Shown here: positions 10,545 through 19,395 of the stretch, piece by piece
Position numbering within the stretch: the stretch's first letter is position 1
Layout: each line of letters begins with the position of its first letter
Assembly (NCBI GenBank): GCA_002110465.1
Contig: NEED01000023.1
Span: forward strand, 621,287-653,286
Direction: 5' to 3'
Length of the DNA stretch: 32,000 bases
From: an unicellular cyanobacterium SU2
GTDB lineage: Bacteria; Cyanobacteriota; Cyanobacteriia; Cyanobacteriales; Microcystaceae
Made by a program: the position numbers and the translations under genes
Notes under the pieces: model-generated
Databases searched by the model: none
Told to the model about the DNA's origin: nothing
Seen by the model: the letters and a program-made list of their open reading frames with translations, nothing else

Positions 10545-11621
10545 ATGGTTAATACCCTTCAAAAACCTGAATTTGAGGAACTACGCCCAGGAATTAAGGT
10601 TCCCGATCAAGAAACTATCCTGACTCCTCGTTTCTATACCACCGATTTTGATGAGATGGCCAAAATGGATATCTCGGTCAATGAAGAGGAGTTACGAGCG
10701 ATTCTCGAAGAATTTCGGACTGACTACAACCGTCATCACTTTGTTCGAGATGAAGAATTTGCTCAATCATGGGATCACATGGATGGGGATACTCGTCGCT
10801 TGTTTGTGGAATTTCTAGAACGTTCTTGTACGGCGGAGTTTTCTGGATTTCTTCTCTACAAAGAATTGGGAAGACGTTTAAAGGATAAAAGTCCTTTATT
10901 AGCTGAATGTTTTACGCTGATGTCCCGTGATGAAGCCCGTCATGCAGGGTTTCTCAATAAGGCGATGTCTGATTTTAATCTGTCGTTGGACTTAGGCTTT
11001 TTAACCAAAAGTCGTAAATATACTTTTTTTAAGCCTAAATTTATCTTTTACGCCACTTATTTATCGGAAAAAATTGGTTACTGGCGTTATATCACCATCT
11101 ATCGTCACCTAGAACAACATCCTGAAAACCGAATTTATCCCATTTTCCGCTTCTTTGAAAATTGGTGTCAGGACGAAAACCGTCATGGAGACTTCTTTGA
11201 TGCCATCATGAAGGCTAACCCTAATATCTTAAATGATTGGAAAGCCCGTCTGTGGTGTCGTTTCTTCCTATTGTCGGTGTTCGCCACCATGTATCTTAAT
11301 GATATTCAACGGTCTGGATTTTATGCTTCCCTTGGCTTAGATGCACGGGAGTATGATAAATACGTGATCGAAAAAACCAATGAAACTGCTGGACGAGTTT
11401 TCCCGATAGTCTTAGATGTAGAAAACCCTGAATTCTACAATAAATTAGAAGTTTGCGTGAAAAACAACGAGAAATTACGGGAAATTCAAGGTTCTAATAG
11501 TCCTGCCCCCCTCAAACTGTTGCGTAAATTGCCTTTCTATGCTTCCAATGCTTGGCAAATGGCACAACTCTATTTCATTAAACCCATTCGGGTTGATCAT
11601 TTAGCAGGGGTTGCTCGTTAA
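10545..11621 (+). CDS. acsF: magnesium-protoporphyrin IX monomethyl ester (oxidative) cyclase, AcsF/ChlA
   Basis: [39 protein letters not shown]...; [15 protein letters not shown] and [14 protein letters not shown] di-iron motifs. The track ORF starts with TTG at 10515; the ATG at 10545 gives the familiar N-terminus. Confidence 0.96.
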   Translation: MVNTLQKPEFEELRPGIKVPDQETILTPRFYTTDFDEMAKMDISVNEEELRAILEEFRTDYNRHHFVRDEEFAQSWDHMDGDTRRLFVEFLERSCTAEFSGFLLYKELGRRLKDKSPLLAECFTLMSRDEARHAGFLNKAMSDFNLSLDLGFLTKSRKYTFFKPKFIFYATYLSEKIGYWRYITIYRHLEQHPENRIYPIFRFFENWCQDENRHGDFFDAIMKANPNILNDWKARLWCRFFLLSVFATMYLNDIQRSGFYASLGLDAREYDKYVIEKTNETAGRVFPIVLDVENPEFYNKLEVCVKNNEKLREIQGSNSPAPLKLLRKLPFYASNAWQMAQLYFIKPIRVDHLAGVAR

Positions 11622-11654
11622 TTTCTGTTGAGTTTTGGTTAAACATCTAAACTT

Positions 11655-11687
11655 CGGTGAACTGAGCAGTTATTCTGTTTGGTTCAC
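11655..11687 (+). terminator. possible weak stem-loop downstream of acsF
   Basis: GGTGAAC(11655-11661)...GTTCACC(11681-11687) perfect 7-bp inverted repeat; no strong U-tract. Confidence 0.3.
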
Positions 11688-11787
11688 CCTATTATTTAGG
11701 ATGATAAAACTCTGACAACAAATCAGATTATAGCGTTTCCTAGAGTCATGAAGTACATTTGTCTGTTCCGACGTTCCCCGTTCCGAT

Positions 11788-11875
11788 CCCCCCTATCCCC
11801 TTATTAAGGGGGGTGTACCATTCGGACGTTCGGCGAAGCTCAGTCGATCCGCTGAAGCGGTAGTTGAGCCTGTCG
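11788..11875. repeat. GC-rich cluster of inverted repeats in intergenic DNA
   Basis: CCCCTTA-T-TAAGGGG at 11797-11811; nested GCTCA(11838-11842)...CCGCT-GA-AGCGG(11849-11860)...TGAGC(11865-11869). Confidence 0.55.
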
Positions 11876-11953
11876 AAACTCACGGCGAAGCCTCAATAGT
11901 GTGGGAATTGCTATAGAAAATCAAGTGTCTTAGCCGATTTAGAGCTTAATTAA

Positions 11954-12470
11954 CTAACTGAACAGGAAATGAGTAGCATCAATTTGGTTAGGTGTTACCC
12001 CTTCTAAAATTGCCAGGGGGACTTGATAATCAGGTAATAATTGACCATAGGGTGACAGAGAAATTTGAGAATTATTGTTACCAATCGAAGTTACATTTAC
12101 TAAATTCTCAAAGGGATTTTCTCCTAAAATTGTGTTTAAGTCATATCCAAAAGCAGTATAGGAACTATACAGAGAAGTTAAGTTAATTAGGTCGTCATTA
12201 TTAGGATTAAAATCAGTAATAATATCTCCAAAATCATTGATACTATCATAAATAAAAGTATCCTGACCTCCGAGTCCCATTGTGACTTGTCCACCAGTTC
12301 CACTATTAATTAAATCATCTCCTTCAGTAGCCACAACATCGAAATCACGGTCATCGATTAAATTAACGGTTAAGATTTTTTCTACACTTAATCCACCACT
12401 ATCGGTACTCTGAACAAGAATATCTAAATCGGGATCACTCTCAAAATCAAGTTGACAGAAAGATTGGAGA
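11954..12470 (-). pseudogene. 3' remnant of a cadherin/RTX-like (type I secretion C-terminal) protein gene
   Basis: STDSGGLSVEKILTVNLIDDRDFD (cadherin-like repeat end), then VVATEGDDLINSGTGGQVTMGLGGQDTFIYDSINDFGDIITDFNPNNDDLINL (hemolysin-type C-terminal region), with no upstream body of the gene. Confidence 0.65.
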
Positions 12471-12475
12471 ATGTA

Positions 12476-12494
12476 GATTGCAGATTGCAGATTG
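12476..12494. repeat. heptamer tandem repeat (GATTGCA)2+GATTG
   Basis: Read directly: gattgca gattgca gattg at 12476-12494. Confidence 0.85.
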
Positions 12495-12549
12495 AATGAG
12501 AACAAGCCATTTATTTCGGCATTGGTAAATCTAAAATCTTCCCTACTTA

Positions 12550-13015
12550 TCTCATCTATTCCTAATCTTTTTAAATTTTTGAGACTGATGGGTAAAATGC
12601 TTTGACTCATCTGATTAATCATTGATTCTACTTCAGATTCAGTCAAATTATTTCTTGTAGCAACAGACTTTAAATCACTATTGACAACTTGTTTGGTAAT
12701 ATGTTGAGCATATCTTAAAGTATATTTTTGTCTTTTTTTCACAAAATCCAACTCTTCCCTAAATGGTTTGGAGCATTTTTCACACTTAAATTGCCTTCTA
12801 TTAACTCTTAAAAATACTTCGGTTTCTCCCCAAGAAATATCCTTTATTAGAGAGTAATGATTTTAATGAAGACGTGAACTGTTTTTATGACATCTAGGAC
12901 AAACAGCTTTTTTTGAGTTGCTTTCTACTTGTAAAATCAGAGTATTTTCTAATTGTTTTTTTGATTTTACACTTACTCCTGCAAGAGAAAGAAGTTTAGT
13001 TAGCTGTCGTTTCAT
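12550..13015 (-). pseudogene. ISL3-family-like transposase N-terminal remnant (zinc-finger plus HTH region) with in-frame stop
   Basis: From ATG at 13015 the minus strand reads MKRQLTKLLSLAGVSVKSKKQLENTLILQVESNSKKAVCPRCHKNSSRLH*NHYSLIKDISWGETEVFLRVNRRQFKCEKCSKPFREELDFVKKRQKYTLRYAQHITK...LKRLGIDEIS; TAA at 12863-12865; homology ends at about LGIDEI, where intact ISL3 enzymes continue. The left boundary is approximate. Confidence 0.75.
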
Positions 13016-13350
13016 TTTGATAATTTATAACGATATTGCTAATATTTTAGCATAATAAGTCCTGTAGAACCTAAATAATGAAACTAGATAGCCTAATCAT
13101 CTCTTTTAGGCCATCTACTTCAAGATTATCTAAGATTTTAGAGGCTAATTCCTAAGTAAATCTTAAAAAACCTGTAGGAAAGTCTAAGCTTATGAAAAAA
13201 CAGATATTGCAAACTTTAGATTAGAGTTTTGCAACAAAGTTTTACTTAACGTATCCTAAACTTATATTTTGTTTACTTAGAGCCTCCCTCTTCTTAAATG
13301 ACTAAAAAAAAGCCATCAAACAAATCAGAAATATCCAAAATGATTATTGA

Positions 13351-15063
13351 TTACTTTTTAGATTTTCTAGCTTTTTCTTTTTCTTTTTGCTTAGCTCGTT
13401 TTGCTGCTGCTTTCGCCGCTTTTTCTGCGGCAATTTTCTCTTGTTCTGCTTTTTGTCTTTCCTCTTCTTTCTTGTCTAAATAATAATGATAATCCCCTGG
13501 ATAAACAATTAATTCTCCTTCTTGAATTTCGACAATTTTGTTAGCGACTTTGGAAATAAAGTAGCGATCATGAGACACACATAAAACTGTCCCGTCATAT
13601 TTAGATAAGGCTTCTTCAAGGGTTTCTTTTGCAGGAATATCTAAATGATTTGTCGGCTCATCTAGGATTAATAAATTAGCAGGCTTTAGCAACATTTTAA
13701 GCAAAGCTAGTCGGGCTTTTTCTCCTCCACTTAACCCTTCGACTTTTTTAAATACGGTTTCTCCACTAAATAGAAAACGGCCTAATAAAGAGCGAACTTT
13801 AGTGTTAGTCCAGTCGGGAACTTCATCATAAACTGTATCGAAAACCCTCTTAGTTAAATCTAAAGCTTCGGCTTGGTTCTGTTCAAAATATCCTGGAATG
13901 ACGTTATGTTTACCTATTTGAATAATTCCCTCGCTAGGCTGTTCTAGGTTCATAATCATTCGTAACAGGGTAGATTTTCCGGCTCCATTAGGACCAAGAA
14001 TTGCAATGCGATCGCCCTTTTCTACTACTAAATTTGCTCCTAAAAAGAGAATCTTATCTTCATAAGTATGGACTAAATCTTTAATAATAACTACTTCACG
14101 ACCACTGGTAGGAGCAGGGGGAAATTCAAAGCGTAAGGTTTTCACATTAGCAACAGGAGCGTCTACAACCTCCATTTTTTCGAGTTGCTTTTCACGACTT
14201 TTTGCTTGGGTACTACGAGTTGCACTAGCGCGGAAACGATCTACAAATTCCTGTTGTTTTTGGATTTCTTTTTGTTGCCTTTGATAAGTATTTTCTTGAA
14301 TTTCTCGACTGAGGGATTTTTGTTGAAGATAGTCAGAATAATTGCCGATATAAGTGCTAGAAACGCCTCTTTCAGTTTCAACAATTTTGGTACATAGACG
14401 ATCCAAAAATTCTCGTTCATGGGAAACAATTACCATCGGAATATTTAGTCCCTTAAGGTATTGTTCCACCCATTCAATAGTTTCTAAATCAAGATGGTTT
14501 GTCGGTTCGTCAAGGAGTAAAATATCGGGGTCTTGCAGCAGAATTTTGCCTAAACTCATTCGCATTTGCCAACCACAGCTAAAGGAACTCACCAAACGTT
14601 CCCCATCTTCGAGGTCAAACCCCATTTCGGGTAACATTTTAGCAATGGCTGCATCGAGAGAATAACCATCGAGGGCTTCCAATTCTCTTTGTAAGTCATC
14701 GAGTTTATGGATTAATTCATCTAACTCTTCGGGGTCTGCGACTTCCATCTGGTGCTGCACTTTGGTTAATTCTTGATGCACTTGATTTGCTTGCTCAAAA
14801 GCAGTCCAAAATTCTTCATGGACAGTCCGACTCGGTTCTACCTCAAATTCTTGGGTTAGATAACCAATTTTTAAACTTGCGGGTCGTACAACGTCTCCAG
14901 AGGTCGGTTCTACTTGTCCCATAATAATCTTGAGTTGGGTAGATTTACCCGCCCCATTAGCCCCCACTAACCCCACTCGTTCCCCTGGGTTGACTTCCCA
15001 AGTGACATTTTTTAGGACTTCTGAGTTTGGGTAAATTTTACCGATGTTTTCTAGTCGCAGCAT
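13351..15063 (-). CDS. ABC-F family ATP-binding protein
   Basis: Two Walker A motifs (GANGAGKST, GPNGAGKST), two LLLDEPTNHLD-type Walker B motifs, no TM segments, Lys/Ala-rich C-terminus. Confidence 0.95.
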   Translation of the reverse strand: MLRLENIGKIYPNSEVLKNVTWEVNPGERVGLVGANGAGKSTQLKIIMGQVEPTSGDVVRPASLKIGYLTQEFEVEPSRTVHEEFWTAFEQANQVHQELTKVQHQMEVADPEELDELIHKLDDLQRELEALDGYSLDAAIAKMLPEMGFDLEDGERLVSSFSCGWQMRMSLGKILLQDPDILLLDEPTNHLDLETIEWVEQYLKGLNIPMVIVSHEREFLDRLCTKIVETERGVSSTYIGNYSDYLQQKSLSREIQENTYQRQQKEIQKQQEFVDRFRASATRSTQAKSREKQLEKMEVVDAPVANVKTLRFEFPPAPTSGREVVIIKDLVHTYEDKILFLGANLVVEKGDRIAILGPNGAGKSTLLRMIMNLEQPSEGIIQIGKHNVIPGYFEQNQAEALDLTKRVFDTVYDEVPDWTNTKVRSLLGRFLFSGETVFKKVEGLSGGEKARLALLKMLLKPANLLILDEPTNHLDIPAKETLEEALSKYDGTVLCVSHDRYFISKVANKIVEIQEGELIVYPGDYHYYLDKKEEERQKAEQEKIAAEKAAKAAAKRAKQKEKEKARKSKK

Positions 15064-15446
15064 GGAGTTTTTGGTTTGAGTTGAGGTACAGTATCGTCTC
15101 TTGGGATACAGGGTATAACAGAAGTCGTCAAATCTTCAAGTCAGAACCACAATTTCTTTTGTCAGTAGGTAGGCAAAAAATATATCTAAGTTGGTGGGAA
15201 GTCATTTTAATGCTGACAATTCTTGTTCTCTCGATGCTCAAGGTCTTACTAACAATTACCTACAAATTCCTACAAACTTTTATAGTTTGCGTTAAATTAA
15301 ACCTACCTATTTACCTAACATTTGAAATAATCTTGTGATTACCTGCAATTCAATCATTACTCAGCCGAGCCGAAATTTTTCTAGCTTTTTTCTCAGCTTT
15401 TACCTTACTCGAAGCAATAAACTTAATTTATTCAGGAGAATGGTTG

Positions 15447-16439
15447 TTACAGAGAATGGTGATCAATTTCTTCTAATTTTTGTTCTAATTCAGTCAGTTC
15501 ATTAGGGTGATTTCCAACCACAGAACGAACCCCTTCTAGGGTGGCAACAATATTACGAGGGTCCATAAACATTACTTTGCTACTTTCGCTATTACCAATA
15601 CTAACTCCCATTTCTAAATAGTTTTGCGCTAACAAAAATTGTAAGGCTTCACGAGCATTGGGATCAGTGCTTATTTTTTGTGAAATAATATCTAAAGCTT
15701 TGGCGGTAGCTTCTGCTTTCAGGATTTGTTGTTGACGTTGGGCTTCTGCTTTCAGGATTTCCGCTTTTTTCATGGCTTCTGCTTCTAAAACCCTCGCTTG
15801 AGCTTGTCCTTGGGCTGAATTTACATCGGAGTCCCGTTGCCCTTCTGAGGTTAAAATAGCTGCCCGTTTTTTGCGTTCTGCTGCCATCTGTAATTCCATG
15901 GAATCTTGAACGGCTTTTGAGGGCATAATATCCCGTAATTCAACACGGGTGACTTTAACTCCCCAAGGGTCTGTAGAAATGTCTAATTCTCGCAGTAAAA
16001 TTTCGTTAATTTCTGTTCTAGCGGTAAAGGTTTGATCCAGTTCTAATTTTCCAATTTCGGAGCGAATTTGAGTTAACACTAAATTGACCATAGCAGACTG
16101 GAGATTTTCTACTTTGTAATAAGCTTTCTCCATATCCATAATGCGCCAATATACCACCGCATCAACGGTAATAGAAACATTGTCTTTGGTAATACAAGAT
16201 TGAGGCGGAATATCTAACACCTTTTCTCGAATGGTTTCTTTATAAACCACGTTATCAATAAAGGGAATAACAAAGTTTAGACCTGAGCTTAACTTTTTGT
16301 TATAACTTCCCAATCGTTCTACGAGATATTCATTTTTTTCATTAACAATTTTGACGGAACCGAATAAGGCAGAACTACCAAAAACTAACAAAGCAATAAT
16401 AAACGGATTCATAATAAACCTCTCAAGATTAAAATTCAA
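15447..16439 (-). CDS. SPFH/band 7 (stomatin/paraslipin-like) protein
   Basis: [73 protein letters not shown]. Confidence 0.93.
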   Translation of the reverse strand: MNFNLERFIMNPFIIALLVFGSSALFGSVKIVNEKNEYLVERLGSYNKKLSSGLNFVIPFIDNVVYKETIREKVLDIPPQSCITKDNVSITVDAVVYWRIMDMEKAYYKVENLQSAMVNLVLTQIRSEIGKLELDQTFTARTEINEILLRELDISTDPWGVKVTRVELRDIMPSKAVQDSMELQMAAERKKRAAILTSEGQRDSDVNSAQGQAQARVLEAEAMKKAEILKAEAQRQQQILKAEATAKALDIISQKISTDPNAREALQFLLAQNYLEMGVSIGNSESSKVMFMDPRNIVATLEGVRSVVGNHPNELTELEQKLEEIDHHSL

Positions 16440-16458
16440 TTAACTGATAAATTCAAGG

Positions 16459-16953
16459 TTATGATAGGTCTTCTGAGTGAGGTAAAAATTCTGGTAAGAC
16501 AATTAAAGTATTACCTTTTCGAGTGACAATATAAACTTTTTGATGAGACGCGATCGCTAATTTTTCATCAGCACATTTTGCTTGCCAGGAGTTCCCTTCA
16601 TAAAGAACTCTTCCTATTTCTCCTGGGGCAATTTCTGTTAACGTTTCTCCTTCGTGAGCATCTCCTAAGTTAGAGGTTAACATTTTTTTCTTAGGGAGTA
16701 ATCGACGAGAACCCACCACAAAAACAGTAGAAAAACTTAACCAAAGGATAACCTGTAAAGAAAAAGAAGGAATTACAAGGGCGATCGCTGCCACCACCAT
16801 AGCACTAATGCCCATCATAAAGGCAACGAAAGCAACGGGAAACACTGCTTCCATGAAACACAGGATAGCACCAGCAATTAACCACAGTAAGGAGGGACTG
16901 AGCATGGGGAACAAGTTAAAATCAATCAAGGCTAATGTGTGGATACGAAACAA
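16459..16953 (-). CDS. NfeD-like membrane protein
   Basis: Adjacent to and upstream of a stomatin gene; TM-rich N-terminus (LLWLIAGAILCFMEAVFP) and OB-like C-terminus (GEIGRVLYEGNSWQAKC). Start likely at the internal MLSPSLLW. Confidence 0.8.
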   Translation of the reverse strand: MFRIHTLALIDFNLFPMLSPSLLWLIAGAILCFMEAVFPVAFVAFMMGISAMVVAAIALVIPSFSLQVILWLSFSTVFVVGSRRLLPKKKMLTSNLGDAHEGETLTEIAPGEIGRVLYEGNSWQAKCADEKLAIASHQKVYIVTRKGNTLIVLPEFLPHSEDLS

Positions 16954-17038
16954 CCTGCTACATTTTCTATGATAGCTTTATTTCCTCGACCCGTTTCATA
17001 AGATAATTGGAAATGTACCCACTTCATCAAACATTGCA

Positions 17039-17497
17039 ATGCCTGATCTCAATTTATTGTTTAATGCGGCGAATCTTTTTGTCTTACCGTTTTGGGTATT
17101 GATGGTTTTTTTACCCAAGTGGGGAGTGACTAAAAAAGTTATTTCCTCTTACCTTCCGTTTGTTCCTTTAGCAGGATTATATTTGTACTTATTTTTTGGA
17201 ACTTTAGATCCTGAATCAGCAGAAGCATTTGCTAATCCAACTTTACCTGTTGTTGCTGAACTATTTAGTCAAGAAAAAATTGCCTTAACGGGATGGGTCC
17301 ATTTTGTGGTTTTGGACTTTTTTACAGGTCGTTACATTTATTTAGCAGGACAACGGACAGGCGTTTGGACAATCCATTCTTTAGTATTATGTTTGTTTGC
17401 TGGTCCTTTAGGATTACTTTCCCACATTATAACCACTTGGATTATGAATAAAGGTTCTCAAACTGAAGCATCTGATCCTAATACAGCTTCTGCTTAA
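17039..17497 (+). CDS. ABA4-like family membrane protein (DUF4281)
   Basis: LFNAANLFVLPFWVLMVFLPKW...GWVHFVVLDFFTGRYIYLAGQRTG...LCLFAGPLGLLSH, typical of ABA4-like proteins. Confidence 0.85.
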   Translation: MPDLNLLFNAANLFVLPFWVLMVFLPKWGVTKKVISSYLPFVPLAGLYLYLFFGTLDPESAEAFANPTLPVVAELFSQEKIALTGWVHFVVLDFFTGRYIYLAGQRTGVWTIHSLVLCLFAGPLGLLSHIITTWIMNKGSQTEASDPNTASA

Positions 17498-17508
17498 TTA
17501 TTAATTAA

Positions 17509-17546
17509 TTCCCCTGATTTTTCCTTAGCTAAGGGGAATTTTTTTT
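17509..17546 (+). terminator. strong rho-independent terminator downstream of the ABA4-like gene
   Basis: TTCCCCT(17509-17515)...CCTTAGCTAAGG...AGGGGAA(17532-17538) then an 8-T run. Confidence 0.85.
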
Positions 17547-17704
17547 ATTCATTAGATAGCATTTTTTCTGCTACTGATCTCATTCACTTGTTAAAGGAAA
17601 TGCTATATATTTGTTTATGCTCACCTACCTCTTTACAGGATCAGTTATGATAAACTATCAAAAATAATGTACTTAAACTCTTTAGATAGAACAAATTGAC
17701 GACT

Positions 17705-18154
17705 TTAATATTGAATCATCCAAAAGGCTTGTTTTCTAATATAAATAGGATTGTCTGATTTAACAGGTGGTGCAACCATTTTAATTTCCCGAATCGTGGA
17801 ATCATGAAAAGCAAACCAGTCGGTATAATTAGCCGATTCATCAAATTTTTTTTCTGGACAATTGTAAATAACGTTAGTAATCTTTGTTTCATTTATTTCA
17901 AAGATTCGAGTACAATTTTGTGGTAAAATAATAGTCACTAATAGACGATTATCTGAGTTGGGATAAAGGGTAACGGTACTAACTTGGTTTACTCCATTAG
18001 CTATTAAACCCCAAAATTTTGCTGTTGCAGCATAAGACTCTTGACGAGGATACAAATCAACTCTAGCCAACTTATTTTCTAAAAAAGTTTCATGTGATGC
18101 TGCTTTTAGTTGGTTTATATTAAAGAAAATTAATAGGGTTATAATAATATTCAT
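17705..18154 (-). CDS. hypothetical secreted protein
   Basis: 149 aa with N-terminal hydrophobic signal (MNIIITLLIFFNINQLKAASH). Confidence 0.5.
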   Translation of the reverse strand: MNIIITLLIFFNINQLKAASHETFLENKLARVDLYPRQESYAATAKFWGLIANGVNQVSTVTLYPNSDNRLLVTIILPQNCTRIFEINETKITNVIYNCPEKKFDESANYTDWFAFHDSTIREIKMVAPPVKSDNPIYIRKQAFWMIQY

Positions 18155-18348
18155 CTATTTTTTATGAGTTAATAGGTGATTTTGGTAATTTTAAAAGTTC
18201 CTTGAGTTGTTTGCATTTGCTGAGAAGAAAACTTCGCTTCTGTGGGTAATACCTTGAGAATATTGTCGTCTTTGAATTACTATGAGAACCGCTTACAATA
18301 ATTCATAAGCTGAGAGTTTCTAACAAAAAAGACAGCTTTCTAAATAAT

Positions 18349-18498
18349 TTAATTGTTATCTGAAGACTCTTCTATTTTCCCAGTTCCTTGGCAAAAAACA
18401 CAAGTTTCCTCTCGCTGAATTTCTCCACCACAATCACGAATTTCAGTATATCCTTTACCATCACAATGATCACATTTCTGGTTCTGTTGGGTTGCCAT
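18349..18498 (-). CDS. 49-aa DnaJ-type CxxC/CxxCxGxG zinc-finger-like small protein (absent from the supplied ORF track)
   Basis: Minus strand ATG at 18498 to TAA at 18349: MATQQNQKCDHCDGKGYTEIRDCGGEIQREETCVFCQGTGKIEESSDNN. Confidence 0.7.
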   Translation of the reverse strand: MATQQNQKCDHCDGKGYTEIRDCGGEIQREETCVFCQGTGKIEESSDNN

Positions 18499-18667
18499 AC
18501 TATAAGTTACTCTCCTAATTAATCACATTTTAGCTTACTCTTAATAAAGGCAATATACTTATACAACTCTTTCCCCATAATCGTGTTAATTTCTTGCGCT
18601 TTGTTTTGAGAACGGTTATCATTCTATGCAGGCTCTCTAACCCAACCACAAATCAGAAAGTGAATCA

Positions 18668-19324
18668 ATGACCTTATCTCAACCCCCCATGTCACCCCCG
18701 GAACTTAGTCAGAATTTACCCAAGTTGATTACACAATCCCAGCCCCCTGTTACCGAAGAAGATATGCGTCAGGCGGTCAGAACATTACTGCTAGGATTGG
18801 GAGAAAACCCTGATCGTGAGGGACTGAAAGACACCCCCAAACGAGTGGTCAAAGCCCTCAAATTTTTGACCTCTGGTTATCATCAATCCCTAGATTCCCT
18901 GCTAAATGGGGCAGTTTTTCAAGAAAATACTGATGAAATGGTCTTAGTAAGAGATATTGACTTATTTAGTTCTTGTGAACATCATATACTACCCATTTTA
19001 GGCCGCGCTCATATCGCTTATATTCCTGATGGCAAGGTGATTGGACTTTCTAAAATCGCTCGTATTTGCGAAATGTACGGACGACGGTTACAGGTACAAG
19101 AACGACTCACCGCACAAATTGCTGACGCGCTACAGGGGTTACTTCAACCTCAAGGAGTCGCCGTTGTTGTGGAGGCAACCCATATGTGCATGGTAATGCG
19201 TGGAGTGCAGAAACCTGGTTCTTGGACTGTTACAAGCGCAGTTCGCGGAACCTTTGCAGAAGATGAGAAAACTCGCCAAGAATTTATGAGTTTAATTCGT
19301 CATTCTCCAAAATTTCATTCTTAG
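18668..19324 (+). CDS. folE: GTP cyclohydrolase I
   Basis: [87 protein letters not shown]. Confidence 0.97.
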   Translation: MTLSQPPMSPPELSQNLPKLITQSQPPVTEEDMRQAVRTLLLGLGENPDREGLKDTPKRVVKALKFLTSGYHQSLDSLLNGAVFQENTDEMVLVRDIDLFSSCEHHILPILGRAHIAYIPDGKVIGLSKIARICEMYGRRLQVQERLTAQIADALQGLLQPQGVAVVVEATHMCMVMRGVQKPGSWTVTSAVRGTFAEDEKTRQEFMSLIRHSPKFHS

Positions 19325-19338
19325 AAAATGCGTGTCAA

Positions 19339-19370
19339 CAGAGGCGTTTGTGTCCTCGCCTCTGCTTTTT
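19339..19370 (+). terminator. rho-independent terminator downstream of folE
   Basis: CAGAGGCG(19339-19346)-TTTGTGTCCT-CGCCTCTG(19357-19364) followed by CTTTTT. Confidence 0.75.
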
Positions 19371-19395
19371 CCATACTTTTCTTTCCTAAGTTGCC

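Noticed and set aside
11992-12186. Track ORF on + strand
   Set aside because: Antisense to the RTX-like remnant; no motifs.
13298-13483. Track ORF on + strand with FSFSFCLARFAAAFAAFSAAIFSCSAF
   Set aside because: Antisense artefact of the Lys/Ala-rich C-terminus of the ABC-F protein.
14185-14665. Three small track ORFs inside the ABC-F gene
   Set aside because: Nested or antisense to a strong CDS.
15027-15338. Track ORF on + strand of 103 aa
   Set aside because: Starts antisense to the ABC-F 5' end and runs through an intergenic region; more likely chance, no family resemblance.
15447-16953. Stomatin plus NfeD pair as a novel system
   Set aside because: This is a well-known conserved gene pair; nothing unusual in the sequence.
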